A stretch of DNA of 64,000 nucleotides from a bacterium (lineage in GTDB: Bacteria > UBA8248), in assembly GCA_965219955.1 (NCBI GenBank), contig OZ244799.1, positions 2,720,001-2,784,000 on the forward strand. Direction: 5' to 3'. The translations under genes and the position numbers were made by a program. Below are positions 48,301-57,009 of this stretch, one piece after another. The notes under the pieces were generated by a model. The model was not told where the DNA came from. It saw only the letters and a program-made list of their open reading frames with translations, and did no database searches. How positions within the stretch are numbered: the stretch's first letter is position 1; each line of letters opens with the position of its first letter.

Positions 48301-50049
48301 AACAGCCTTCGCGAGACGGTCGCGAAAGCCCTCGTCAACAAAGGACATATTCTTCTCGCGTCGACTCGACCGAAGGAGGCCCTGTACGTCTGTGACGAAG
48401 TGGCGCGGCGTTTCGGGGAAAGCGACGCGCCGGTTCTGGTTCACATGGCGGTGGACGCCTTACATCTCAAAGGCGACGCTCTCTTGGGGTTGAATCGGCC
48501 GAACGAAGCGCTCACCGCTTTCGATGAGTCGTTGCGCCGCTCTGAAGGAGCCGAGGAAACAGCCGTTCCAGGTCTCGTGGCGAATGCTCTTCTTGGCAGA
48601 GGGCTCGCCTACGACAGGTTAAACCGGCCCGACGAAGCGCTGGCGGCTTTCGAGGAAGTCGTGCGCCGGTTCGGAGAAAGTGAGACCCCGCTCGTTGGCG
48701 CTGCGGTCACTGTGGCGCTGACGGTGAAAGTACCCCTGCTCGACAGCGCCGACCGGCACCGGGATGCTCTGGACGCGCACGAAGAGCTGGTGCGGCGTGT
48801 GGGTGAGGAAGCGCCCGAGTATCATGAGTTGATTGAACGCTCCCTAATCGGGAAAGCGGATTTCGAGCTGGTCTGCGGAAGGCATGAATCGGCGATCGAA
48901 GCGGCAGAGACGGCGCTTGGGAAATGTCTTCCCGCATCGGTGGAAAACCGGTTGCGGGCTCACTTCATCCGCGCGAAGGCGGCCCTCGCTGGCGGCGATG
49001 CACCCGGATGCGAGCGGGACATCGAGACGATCCTCAAGGAGCTTCCGGACCTTGGGAGTATTCCAAAGGAGCACCTTCATGCATTGATGGAGTTCGGCAT
49101 CCGACTCGGACCGGAGCGAATGCGGGAGCTTATCGAGGTTTCCCCTTCGGCGGATCTCCTTTTGCCGCTCACGACCGCGCTGGCGCAGGAAACGGGAGAG
49201 CGGCCCCGGGTGGCCCGGGAAGTGGAGGAAGTCGCCCGAGATATCCGAAAGGAACTACAAGCACTGGGGAAAAACGCTGGCGATCGAAACCGATATCCGG
49301 ATGATGACGAACACATAAGGACACAGCTGCGAACCAGCGGGATAATCATCAGGGACAAGAAAAATCGGGTGCTGCCGATAAGAAAGGACCCGGTTCGGTT
49401 GGCGGTGGTGGGCAAAAAAGGTGAAAAATCGAATTCCTGGAAAATCTGGATGGAAAAAGATGGTGAAATATATTTTTCAATCCGGGACAACAATCCTGGA
49501 TTCAAAGTGAGTTTACATAAATCCGGAAAGCAGCACATTAAAATGGGAAGTAAGTATTGGGGACAATGGTTCGAACCTGATATCTATGCAGGACCGATGA
49601 TTGCGACTTCGGCCAAATTGGTTTTCCCGGCCTGGGGAATGAGAGAAGCTGAAAGAATGAGCGAAGAAGACAAGGATATCTGGGAGGGTAACGAGATAGA
49701 AATAGAGGCGCCCGAAGAAGGGAGACTGATTACGCTCAAAGCGTTCATCAGAGTGGAGGGCCAGAGGCTGAGGCAAGTAGACGGAAAAAGTGAAACATTG
49801 GCGATATGGCGGCGTGAGGACGGAAAGGAAGCGCATTTGATCGTCTGCGAAGAAGCCGAAAGAAATATGAAAGATGTCGTGAAAAGGGTATTGGAAAACA
49901 AGGCGTTTCTCACGAATATCAAGGAAAATATGGGAGAGGATGCTTTGGATGAGGAACGGGCATTTACAGTAGCGATGGGAGGCCCGGCAGAAGAAGGGGG
50001 GAATTACGTGCTCACGGTTTCGGCGAAATTCAAGGCCGAAGAAGAATAG
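45334..50049 (+). CDS. P-loop ATPase-wHTH-TPR repeat protein with an additional C-terminal domain (1571 aa)
   Basis: YNPGFLSDEE, Walker A GPRGSGKTS, LLVENL, TGGNPR, wHTH, about 16 tandem 43-aa TPR-like repeats, then ~260 aa encoded by A-rich DNA. Confidence 0.88.
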   Translation: MNAVARKYNPGFLSDEEIVASFCVRTSEFESIVEMLRECTESSNPHQLVIGPRGSGKTSLLLRVAAEIRRDAALASRFFPIVFAEESYEVSTAGEFWLECLSRLVVQAPRREGGPDLHRAHDELSKVSDDWTLGERCLGALLDFSDREGKRLVLLVENLNAMFRDMTDPDAGWRLRKVLQNEPRIVLLASATSRFEQIDDPEQALYDLFRTTSLRPLETEECAVLWKTVSGREPRRETIRSLRILTGGNPRLFVIAARFGAGLSFRLLMADLLDLVDDHTEYFRSHLESLPPQERRVYLALADLWKPATTKEIADRARLDTNRCSAQLARLDERGIVEVAGGTARRKQYYLTERMYNIYYLLRRPRGPDRLVDSLIRFMESFYSPRELRDIGVGIAREAKNLDGEMRVLHETAFANLLALPALAEHRMELLEMFPMDVSGISSQGPAFPDGTKPGWSGAETSPLNKVPVHSGSDGSPEAIAQKLLEKGAALSGQNRSEEALEVFDEVLSRYGASKKPALIDSTAKALLRKTEAFWMLKRFEYAVEACEEVVRRYGSVEAPALRETVALAMSNKGIALRELNRPEEALAAHAEVVRRYGASENPDVLVTVAKSLCERGLMLGRMSRFQEALAVSDEMKRRFGEHKATNIVIHVAKNLCDKGTILNNLNRPEEALAVYDEVVRRYGAIDDPTLHEIIAIALLNKGATLGDRDRPKDALATFEEVMRRFGTSKEPAIVASVALAMSNMGFSLSVLERTEEAMATYDEIVRRYETSDQSNVLEVVGKALLNKGKVLDTSNRPKEALAVFDEILARFGADVAPGLRETVATALCNKGIALGNSGRHEEAIVIYDEAVRRFGASVELVLVEMVTKSLLNKGYALGALNRPEEALASYDEAIRHPEEIVKPSILALVAHALVKKGLTLVGLTRLEEALSSYDEAIRRFGTNGDSSVFGLVAQSFLNKGVALASLSRFEEALEACDEVVRRYGGSEANSLRETVAKALVNKGHILLASTRPKEALYVCDEVARRFGESDAPVLVHMAVDALHLKGDALLGLNRPNEALTAFDESLRRSEGAEETAVPGLVANALLGRGLAYDRLNRPDEALAAFEEVVRRFGESETPLVGAAVTVALTVKVPLLDSADRHRDALDAHEELVRRVGEEAPEYHELIERSLIGKADFELVCGRHESAIEAAETALGKCLPASVENRLRAHFIRAKAALAGGDAPGCERDIETILKELPDLGSIPKEHLHALMEFGIRLGPERMRELIEVSPSADLLLPLTTALAQETGERPRVAREVEEVARDIRKELQALGKNAGDRNRYPDDDEHIRTQLRTSGIIIRDKKNRVLPIRKDPVRLAVVGKKGEKSNSWKIWMEKDGEIYFSIRDNNPGFKVSLHKSGKQHIKMGSKYWGQWFEPDIYAGPMIATSAKLVFPAWGMREAERMSEEDKDIWEGNEIEIEAPEEGRLITLKAFIRVEGQRLRQVDGKSETLAIWRREDGKEAHLIVCEEAERNMKDVVKRVLENKAFLTNIKENMGEDALDEERAFTVAMGGPAEEGGNYVLTVSAKFKAEEE

Positions 50050-50109
50050 AAGGTACTTTGATAAGGTGGTCGCACTCTCGATATGACTAGCGGCAACCCT
50101 CGGTTGCGT

Positions 50110-50350
50110 ACGGGACGCTACGCCCGTCCCGTTCTCGTGGCCCTTCATGGAGGTGTTTGGGCTTGCGATCTAGAAGATTGCGCATCGGTGTAGCGCATCG
50201 CTAGGCTGCTTAATATGGACTTCGAGGATTTGGCGGATATCTTCGCAGTGCACGACATCCGATGCGCAATCATACTGCGATGCGCCATGTCCCGACTCCA
50301 AGGCGCCGTACTGGTAGATACCAACGACATACTGAAAGCCCACCAGACAA
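50110..50350 (+). pseudogene. Remnant of an ImmA/IrrE-like C-terminus and PIN-domain gene start
   Basis: Broken frames read PFSWPFMEVFGLAI*, RIARLLNMDFEDLADIFAVH and MSRLQGAVLVDTNDIL. Confidence 0.45.
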
Positions 50351-50469
50351 GATCGGGCCGGCCTCGCGTCGAGTGGTATTCGGGATGAACACTGCTTCTG
50401 TCTCGATCTTATTGGCGGTGCAGATCGTCCATGCGTTCGTGATCCGCGCGTCTGAGTACCAAGCCTGGA

Positions 50470-50765
50470 CGAAGCGCCGCCCGGCATCATCAAGGCGATC
50501 GAGACCTGCTTCACGCGCTCGGAGCGACGGCGGCCTACCAGATCCTTTCGCGCACCATCGCCCGGGAACTGGCCGAGGGAGTCTCTAGGGACTACGAGTC
50601 TGAACTGCCCGATACCGTGTCGTGCTTCCGCGGCGACTTCGAAGCCTGCATCTGGCCGACATGATCGCCGACGTGAGGTTCACCGATGGGGTGGACGTAA
50701 AAGAAACGGGTAGGAGGGCTGCTGGATTCAGGACGGCCATATACCAGATTTTACAGTAACTCCCA
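50470..50765 (+). mobile_element. IS256-family remnant with internal deletions
   Basis: Fragments PGIIKAIETCFTRS, AYQ..SRTIARELA...CF.GDFEACI and LADMIADVRFTDGV...RRAA, followed by the terminus-like CCATATACCAGATTTTACAGTAACTC. Confidence 0.55.
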
Positions 50766-50905
50766 ACCTCAATCTACATTGGCAAAGAAATGTGGTAGCA
50801 GGTATGGTCTGAATCAAGGATTTCATGAGCCCGCCCCAGAAGCTATTCGAAAAACTATGGCCTGTTTTCGGATTAACTTCTTTCTGAATCGGTGTTGGGT
50901 ATAGT

Positions 50906-53752
50906 ATGAATAAACAACGCAATCGCGAAGAAGTGGTTAACACGCAACTTGCGTTATTGATCTCAGAACTCGGCGTCACAGCGGACGCTGAAACGATTCA
51001 AGTTCATGGTAAGCACCGTCCCGATGTCTTGTTCCAACTTCGCGGCTTGCGAATTGTCATTGAAGGTAAATTCCAAGATACGCCGAACGCCGAACAAGTC
51101 GTTCTGGACGATGCTCGAAAACGAGTTTGCGCGGGCATTGCGCATATTGCGGCCGCGACTGTTTATCCTGATCAATTACGAACAACCCCAACTACCAAGA
51201 TAATTGATACCTTGACAGATGCGCGACTTCGTTATCGGCTCGTTACTGAAACTTTCGAGAGTGAAAATTGGTTCGAAGGAAATCCCGCATCACTGATGGA
51301 GGCCCTCCGCAGAGCACAAGAGTCACTTACACAAAACGACATAGTTGAAAAAACAGCCAAAGCGCTTTCGATTCACCTTGAAAGCATCTCGAAGCTCTGG
51401 ATTGGTCAACCTGGCTCCTGCGACCGCCTGTCGAGATTGTTAGGAACTCCCATCCCGATAAATGAAAAGCCGAAAGCAACATCCGAAAGGCGTGAAACTA
51501 CTGCAAAGGTGTCGGCTCTCGTGCTGGCGAACGCTTTCATATTCCAAGAGCAGTTGGCATTAAATGATGAGCGCGTAGATACACTTCGGAAATTAGCGAA
51601 GAATGACGACATTATTGAAGCTACATCGGAACATTGGCGCTGGATTTGGGAAAACATAAACTACACTCCCATCTTCCAGCTTGGGGAACGTATACTTGAT
51701 GAACTACCAGCATTTGCAGGCACTACCAGGATTGTTCAATCTCTCCTCGACGCAGCACAAAAAATCTGCACCGAACAAGCTGCATTGCGTCATGACCTGA
51801 TGGGACGAATTTATCACTGGTTGCTCCACGACGCAAAATATCTTGGCACGTACTATACATCTGTCCCGGCGGCGACTCTGTTGTTGAAAGTTGCTCTGGA
51901 TCTCAAGTGGCCTCATGACTTCGGTAGTGCTCGGGAACTTGCGGACTTCAAAGCCGCAGATCTCGCATGTGGTACTGGAACTCTACTTATGGCCGCCGCA
52001 CAAGCCCTCACCGACAATTTTATTAAAACTCGCGCAGGGGACGACCGAAGCATCGATACGAAAGACTTGTCTGTACTTCATAGTACACTGATGCAAAATG
52101 TCGTCCACGGATATGACATACTGCCGTCTGCGGTACACCTGACAGCATCGACCCTCGCTCTGCTCGCCCCAGAGGTCGCGTTTCGGCAAATGAACCTGTT
52201 CGTTATGCCTGTTGGTATGGATCACGGGAACGCGCGACTAGGTAGCCTAGATTTTCTTTCCGGCAGTGAGATTAAAACACAATTTACTCTGGACAACACT
52301 CACTTAGACACTGTTAGAACAGGGGCAGCAGAATCCGCATTTACTAATGCCCAAATTCCTAATCTTGACCTTTGCGTCATGAATCCACCCTTCGTCAGTA
52401 GCCGTTACGGAAATCGGCTTTTCGGCTCACTGCCAGAGGATAGACCCAAACTCCAGAAAGCACTCTCGAAAGAGGCCAAGAAAATCGGTATCCACACGAC
52501 CGCTGGACTTGGCGCTTTATTCGTTCCGTTGGCAGACAAACACACGAAACCAGGTGGCCGTATTGCGTTCGTTCTGCCAATAGCTCTCGCAACCGGAGAA
52601 GCGTGGGGTCCTGTTCGGAAGTTTATAGTCGAACGATATCATCTCGAAGTCGTCATCACGAGCCACGATCCGTTACGCACCAATTTCTCGGAAAACACTG
52701 AATTATCTGAACTTTTATTCATGGCCCGTAAGCTGAAGCGTGGCGAAAAGGCTGGTTCCACCTACTATGTCAAATTGCGTCGAAATCCCGCCACTATTCA
52801 CGAAGCCCTTGACCTTGCAGATCGAATTTCGACTGGAATCAAGAAGATAAGCGATCAGAATAAACCTGTAACTATTCGCTCTGCGGCAAGAGTTTTGGGG
52901 GAGATCGCAAACCTTCCTAGACCGCATAACAAAGACAATTGGACGAGCGCTATATTCTATCAACATTATCTATTCCAAGTTCATTGGGCACTGGACAAGA
53001 ATTCACTTTTGTCAATCCCCGGCGAATTATCGCAACAACCCATTCCACTTTGTCGTCTCGATGCTCTAGGCGAACTTGGCTATGACGTTCGAGATATTTT
53101 TGACGCCTTTGATGTTGACCGGTCTGCGTCACAGTGGACTCCTTATCCTGCATTTTGGAACCATGACGCCAAACGGGTGTTTCAAATCACCCAAGCGCCA
53201 AATGCTTTCCTAATATCTCGAACGAAGCCAATCGAAGGGCGCAAGCTCAAAAGCGCCACGGCGGTTTGGGCAAAGGCGGGCAAGATTCTATTGGTGTCAA
53301 GACTTTGGCCAATAACGCAAAAGGTGCTTGCTACTGGTTTCAACACAAAAGTGCTTGGCAATACTTGGTGGGCCTTCGATACCGCAAATCTTTCCATCAA
53401 ACAGAGCCAAGCACTGTTACTTTGGATGAACTCAACGCTTGGCTTGCTATTCTACTATGGGAGAAGAGCAATAACCCGAAGTGCTTGGATGCAGATGAAG
53501 AAACCCGCATGGGAATCAATGTTGGTGCTAGACGTTCGGAATTTGAACACAGAACAACTCGATATGCTGTCCACGACTTATAAAATCGTGTCGAAAGAAA
53601 CCTTGCAACCACTCGCACAACTCGACTGCGATCCGGTTCGAATTCAAATTGATGAGGCTCTCTGCAAAACACTCGAATTGCCATCACTCAATCCGATCCG
53701 TGAACTTTTGGTTCGAGAACCTGGCCTTACCGGGTCAGATTCAGACGCCTGA
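50906..53752 (+). CDS. Type IIG-like fused restriction endonuclease / N6-adenine methyltransferase
   Basis: N-terminal RPD...IEGK (PD-D/ExK), GTYYT, DLACGTGT (SAM binding), MNPPF catalytic motif. AT-rich. Confidence 0.85.
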   Translation: MNKQRNREEVVNTQLALLISELGVTADAETIQVHGKHRPDVLFQLRGLRIVIEGKFQDTPNAEQVVLDDARKRVCAGIAHIAAATVYPDQLRTTPTTKIIDTLTDARLRYRLVTETFESENWFEGNPASLMEALRRAQESLTQNDIVEKTAKALSIHLESISKLWIGQPGSCDRLSRLLGTPIPINEKPKATSERRETTAKVSALVLANAFIFQEQLALNDERVDTLRKLAKNDDIIEATSEHWRWIWENINYTPIFQLGERILDELPAFAGTTRIVQSLLDAAQKICTEQAALRHDLMGRIYHWLLHDAKYLGTYYTSVPAATLLLKVALDLKWPHDFGSARELADFKAADLACGTGTLLMAAAQALTDNFIKTRAGDDRSIDTKDLSVLHSTLMQNVVHGYDILPSAVHLTASTLALLAPEVAFRQMNLFVMPVGMDHGNARLGSLDFLSGSEIKTQFTLDNTHLDTVRTGAAESAFTNAQIPNLDLCVMNPPFVSSRYGNRLFGSLPEDRPKLQKALSKEAKKIGIHTTAGLGALFVPLADKHTKPGGRIAFVLPIALATGEAWGPVRKFIVERYHLEVVITSHDPLRTNFSENTELSELLFMARKLKRGEKAGSTYYVKLRRNPATIHEALDLADRISTGIKKISDQNKPVTIRSAARVLGEIANLPRPHNKDNWTSAIFYQHYLFQVHWALDKNSLLSIPGELSQQPIPLCRLDALGELGYDVRDIFDAFDVDRSASQWTPYPAFWNHDAKRVFQITQAPNAFLISRTKPIEGRKLKSATAVWAKAGKILLVSRLWPITQKVLATGFNTKVLGNTWWAFDTANLSIKQSQALLLWMNSTLGLLFYYGRRAITRSAWMQMKKPAWESMLVLDVRNLNTEQLDMLSTTYKIVSKETLQPLAQLDCDPVRIQIDEALCKTLELPSLNPIRELLVREPGLTGSDSDA

Positions 53753-54107
53753 GGAAGGTGTTGCAGCAATGAATGAAACCGATTTCGAATTGGTTCGGGG
53801 AAGCGGAAACGTCTTTTGAAATATCAGCGACCCTCATGCGGATTTAAAGTATGCCAAAGTGGTGCTCGACGAACGAAATTTCATGGTACTAAGGCCGCGA
53901 GCATGATCGGATTAATCTCAGCGGATTTCTCGTATAAGCAACACGGCTCTCGGGGGCTCACATTAGCTCGGCTTATGATTCTTCGCTACTGTGGACAGTT
54001 CTCTCTCAGGCTGGCCTCAAAGAAACTATCTGGGATCAAATCACTACTTCTTTAGTATATCCGGACAGTGTTCTGAGGTGCCCGAAGAAAAACAGCGCGT
54101 GAAAAAC

Positions 54108-54491
54108 TCATTCGGAAGTACTTTCCGCGAGTGAATTCTGCGACTCACGGGCGTCTTTCATGGTCCGGTCGAGTTCATTCTTGCGTCCTTCGCGCACCAA
54201 TTCATCCCGCTTCAGCGTGGAAAGAAGGTAAACCCCGCGATAGATCCGCTCTATCTGGGCTCCAATTTCAGGTGGAAACCCCGTAGAATTTGCGGTCAGC
54301 TTGCCCGTAGCGAAACTCAATGCGGCATGGCGAACGAGTTCGGCAGCCGTCATTCCGCGCTCCCTGGCCTCCTTTTCAATGCAAGTCCACTCGGAATCGG
54401 AGAACCGGATCGAGCGTGGCGAACGCGATTCACCGTGTTTATCATCGGAATTCTCGCTGGAATCGCCGGCGATGGAATGGTTTTCGGTCAT
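54108..54491 (-). CDS. Ribbon-helix-helix protein, probable relaxosome accessory factor
   Basis: RSIRFSDSEW..IEKEARERGMTAAELVRHAAL RHH pattern. GGAGG RBS, adjacent to the oriT candidate. Confidence 0.7.
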   Translation of the reverse strand: MTENHSIAGDSSENSDDKHGESRSPRSIRFSDSEWTCIEKEARERGMTAAELVRHAALSFATGKLTANSTGFPPEIGAQIERIYRGVYLLSTLKRDELVREGRKNELDRTMKDARESQNSLAESTSE

Positions 54492-54599
54492 GTTTTGCCT
54501 CCAATGGTTCGATTTTTTCAGCCGGGAAATCGCCGGTATCGTTGCATTTACGGATCAAATCCGGTCGCTCTGGGCACAGATTCATTTGTAAGCTCATAG

Positions 54600-54850
54600 C
54601 ACACATATTTAGGAAATACTATGTCCAGCGTATGCCATAAGCATACGCCCCTTGTGAAGCACAAGGAATTCAATGGGATACGGGCGTGTTACGTCGTAAT
54701 ACGCTCTCCCAGCGAAAGCGGGGCGGTATTTGAGGGCGTTTGAGCAAGGAACGACATGCCTAGCGCACGATTGACCTGCACCCCGCAGCCCGCTGCGTGG
54801 GGTGTGAAATCCGAAGCGCCGAAGGGCGGCTAACGGCGGATTCCTGGGAA
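54600..54850 (+). other. Candidate oriT (MOB_F-type nic)
   Basis: TGCGTGGGGTGT|G at 54794-54806 matches the F-plasmid nic sequence. Hairpin GCGTATGC-cataa-GCATACGC at 54628-54648. Lies between the RHH gene and the leading-region genes. Confidence 0.55.
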
Positions 54851-55084
54851 CGAGCGACAGGGAAATTTTCGCCGGAGAGGATGGCTAGCGGGAGCCGTCG
54901 CGGCGATTGAGCGGACAGAGCGAGGGGTAAGGAGGTGTGAGGGCGCTGGAACTTGCGCCTGGATTCACAAGCGGCGGGAGCACGGGGCGCTGCATCTTGC
55001 GCTTTACATCACAAGCAGACGAACGACACGGGAAGCAACGAGCCGCGTCGCCGGGGCGACGACGCGACTCGTCGAGCGTTCACG

Positions 55085-56017
55085 TCACGCTACTTTTTGA
55101 ACGGGGATGCCGAGGCTTCGGGCTTTGTCGACGAGGTTGTCCGTGATGCCCGAACCGGGGAACGCGACCACGCCCTTGGGGAGGAGGGAGAGCAGCTCGT
55201 CGTTGCGCCGGAAAGGAGCCGCACGTCCATGCGCATCCCAATCCGGCTTGCAGACGATCTGGTGGACGCCGTTGCGCTCGGCCCAGCCGGCTGCAATCTT
55301 CTCGGCGCCGGGGCCGCCGCCGTGGACGAGGACGACGTCGGCGTACTTGGCCTTGACCTTGTTGAGATGCGCGATGATTTTGCCCGCGTCGCCGGCCTCC
55401 TTTCCGCCCGCGACGGCGACGAGTGTTCCCTGCGGCAAGTGCGCGGTGTTCTCGCGGTCCTTTTTCGCGCGCTGGAAGTCTCGCGCCTCGATTACCGCAG
55501 AGGTCAGCTTGCCGGTCTGGGAGACGTGCGATCCTCTCCTGGGCCGCCATACCTCGCCGGTCTCGACGCGGTAGGCCTCTGCGGCGGCGTCACGGAGTTG
55601 TTCAAAAGCATCACGCCGAGCATTAAAGTTTTGCGCCCGGTCGGTCGCGAGTTCGAGTTCGCGGGACCTGATTTCGGAGCCGTCCTGCTCGCGCTGCATT
55701 TCGCGGATGCCGGGGATGAGCTTGTCGGCGGCGCGGTCGAGGCGCTGTGTCTGGGCGTCGAGGGTGTTGACGAAACCCCACAGGAGGTTTCTTCGCTCGT
55801 CGGCCAGCTGCGTGCCGTCGGGTGCTGCCTCGGCGAGCAGGTGGAATGCCTTGAGGACGGCGGCGGTGGATTCCGCCTCGCCCCAGACGGGCCGGTTGTC
55901 GAACTCGTCCGGTCCGGGGGTCGCGCCGAAGAGTGCTGCCTGTTCGCAGACCATGGCGGTGAAGGATTCGTTCTGCGCTTCGTGCTCTGCGTACTCGTGA
56001 ATTGCGGTGGCAGTCAT
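55085..56017 (-). CDS. DUF2493 / SLOG (YspA-like) domain protein
   Basis: C-terminal VAVAGG...VLVHGG.PGAE...W..HGRAAPFRRND...VAFPGSG.T SLOG signature. AAGGAG RBS. Confidence 0.85.
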   Translation of the reverse strand: MTATAIHEYAEHEAQNESFTAMVCEQAALFGATPGPDEFDNRPVWGEAESTAAVLKAFHLLAEAAPDGTQLADERRNLLWGFVNTLDAQTQRLDRAADKLIPGIREMQREQDGSEIRSRELELATDRAQNFNARRDAFEQLRDAAAEAYRVETGEVWRPRRGSHVSQTGKLTSAVIEARDFQRAKKDRENTAHLPQGTLVAVAGGKEAGDAGKIIAHLNKVKAKYADVVLVHGGGPGAEKIAAGWAERNGVHQIVCKPDWDAHGRAAPFRRNDELLSLLPKGVVAFPGSGITDNLVDKARSLGIPVQKVA

Positions 56018-56038
56018 TGTTCACTCCTTTGGTTGTCC

Positions 56039-56410
56039 TCAGGCGAGGGGATGGTTGAATTCGGGAAGAGCGTAGCCACGCTCGTTGCGCCCCACTTCTT
56101 TGGGCATCTCGTCGAGATACCTGGCGGCCCACTCGGCGGCGCGCGCGAGTACGTCGCCGTGGCACGGGAGGGGATGGCAGTGGCAGCCGAGTTCGCAGCC
56201 CTGGAGGTCGGCGAGTTCGTAGAGGTTGACCTCCTCCTGCCGGATTTTTCTCCAGAGCCATCGCCGGTATTTTTCAATCACCTCGGCGCGCTCGCCGTCC
56301 TGGCCGACCCGGAAGGGATTTCCCCACTTCGTCGCTCGGTCGATCCTTACCAGCAATCCACTGCCGATATCCGCAACGTAGTCGTTCAGGTTCACCACGG
56401 TGGTTTCCAT
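56039..56410 (-). CDS. DUF4326 domain protein
   Basis: IDRATKWGNPF...VIEKYRRWL...LGCHCHPLPCHGDVL. Confidence 0.88.
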   Translation of the reverse strand: METTVVNLNDYVADIGSGLLVRIDRATKWGNPFRVGQDGERAEVIEKYRRWLWRKIRQEEVNLYELADLQGCELGCHCHPLPCHGDVLARAAEWAARYLDEMPKEVGRNERGYALPEFNHPLA

Positions 56411-56446
56411 GCCTTTCTCCTTTCCAGAGAGTTAACGGATGCGCTT

Positions 56447-56670
56447 CTTAGCGTCCCATTTTCAGCACGTAAGGGCATCGGGTTTTCGATGCCCGTAGGC
56501 GAGCGAATCAAGGGCTTGTCATTTTCCGGGGGGTACCCGAAAAACACGGTTCATAGAGCGGTGCTCCTGTTTTTCGCCGCTCGACGTTTTTTGGGGGGCA
56601 CCGGCAAATGATGGCCGCTTGCGGCCACCCTTTATTCGCTCGGCGTTCGTGCTAAAATGGGAGCGCTAAG
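56447..56670 (-). promoter_or_regulatory. Frpo-like single-stranded-DNA promoter
   Basis: Long imperfect inverted repeat (56447-56514 pairs with 56628-56670). The distal arm carries TTTATT-16nt-TGcTAAAAT. Nested stems 56473-56494, 56519-56545/56586-56611 and 56612-56627. Confidence 0.7.
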
Positions 56671-56965
56671 AGAGAGAGGGTAGTATCGCCACCGGGACAC
56701 AAGAGCCTCTGGTGTTTCACGATGAAGGCGAAGCTCATCGGGAAACAGTCTCTCATGCTGCGGAAAGGGTCATTTCGGGCCGTTTTTCCGGCCCGAAATT
56801 CCCGCAGCGGGGGGTAGATCGAGCCACTATCTTAAATTTGGAGTGATTGCAGGCGCAGACCGATCTTCCGTGAACACGGTTCAACGTTCACGGAACCGGA
56901 GGATTTACCGGGTGTTCCCGGTAGAGGAGAGAGCCGACAGGGTGGACCTTCTCTGGATAGCGGGC

Positions 56966-57003
56966 AAAAGAAAAGGGGTCGACGCGCGAGGCGCCGACCC
57001 CTT
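56966..57003 (-). terminator. Intrinsic terminator downstream of ssb
   Basis: Minus strand reads AAGGGGTCGGCG...CGTCGACCCCTT followed by TTCTTTT. Confidence 0.75.
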
Positions 57004-57009
57004 GTGAGC

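Noticed and set aside
46770-48840. Periodic DNA similarity as a CRISPR or non-coding array
   Set aside because: It is the 129-nt coding periodicity of the TPR repeats. No repeat-spacer array or cas genes occur anywhere in the window.
54953-56611. 552-aa plus-strand ORF
   Set aside because: Antisense shadow of the DUF2493 and DUF4326 genes.
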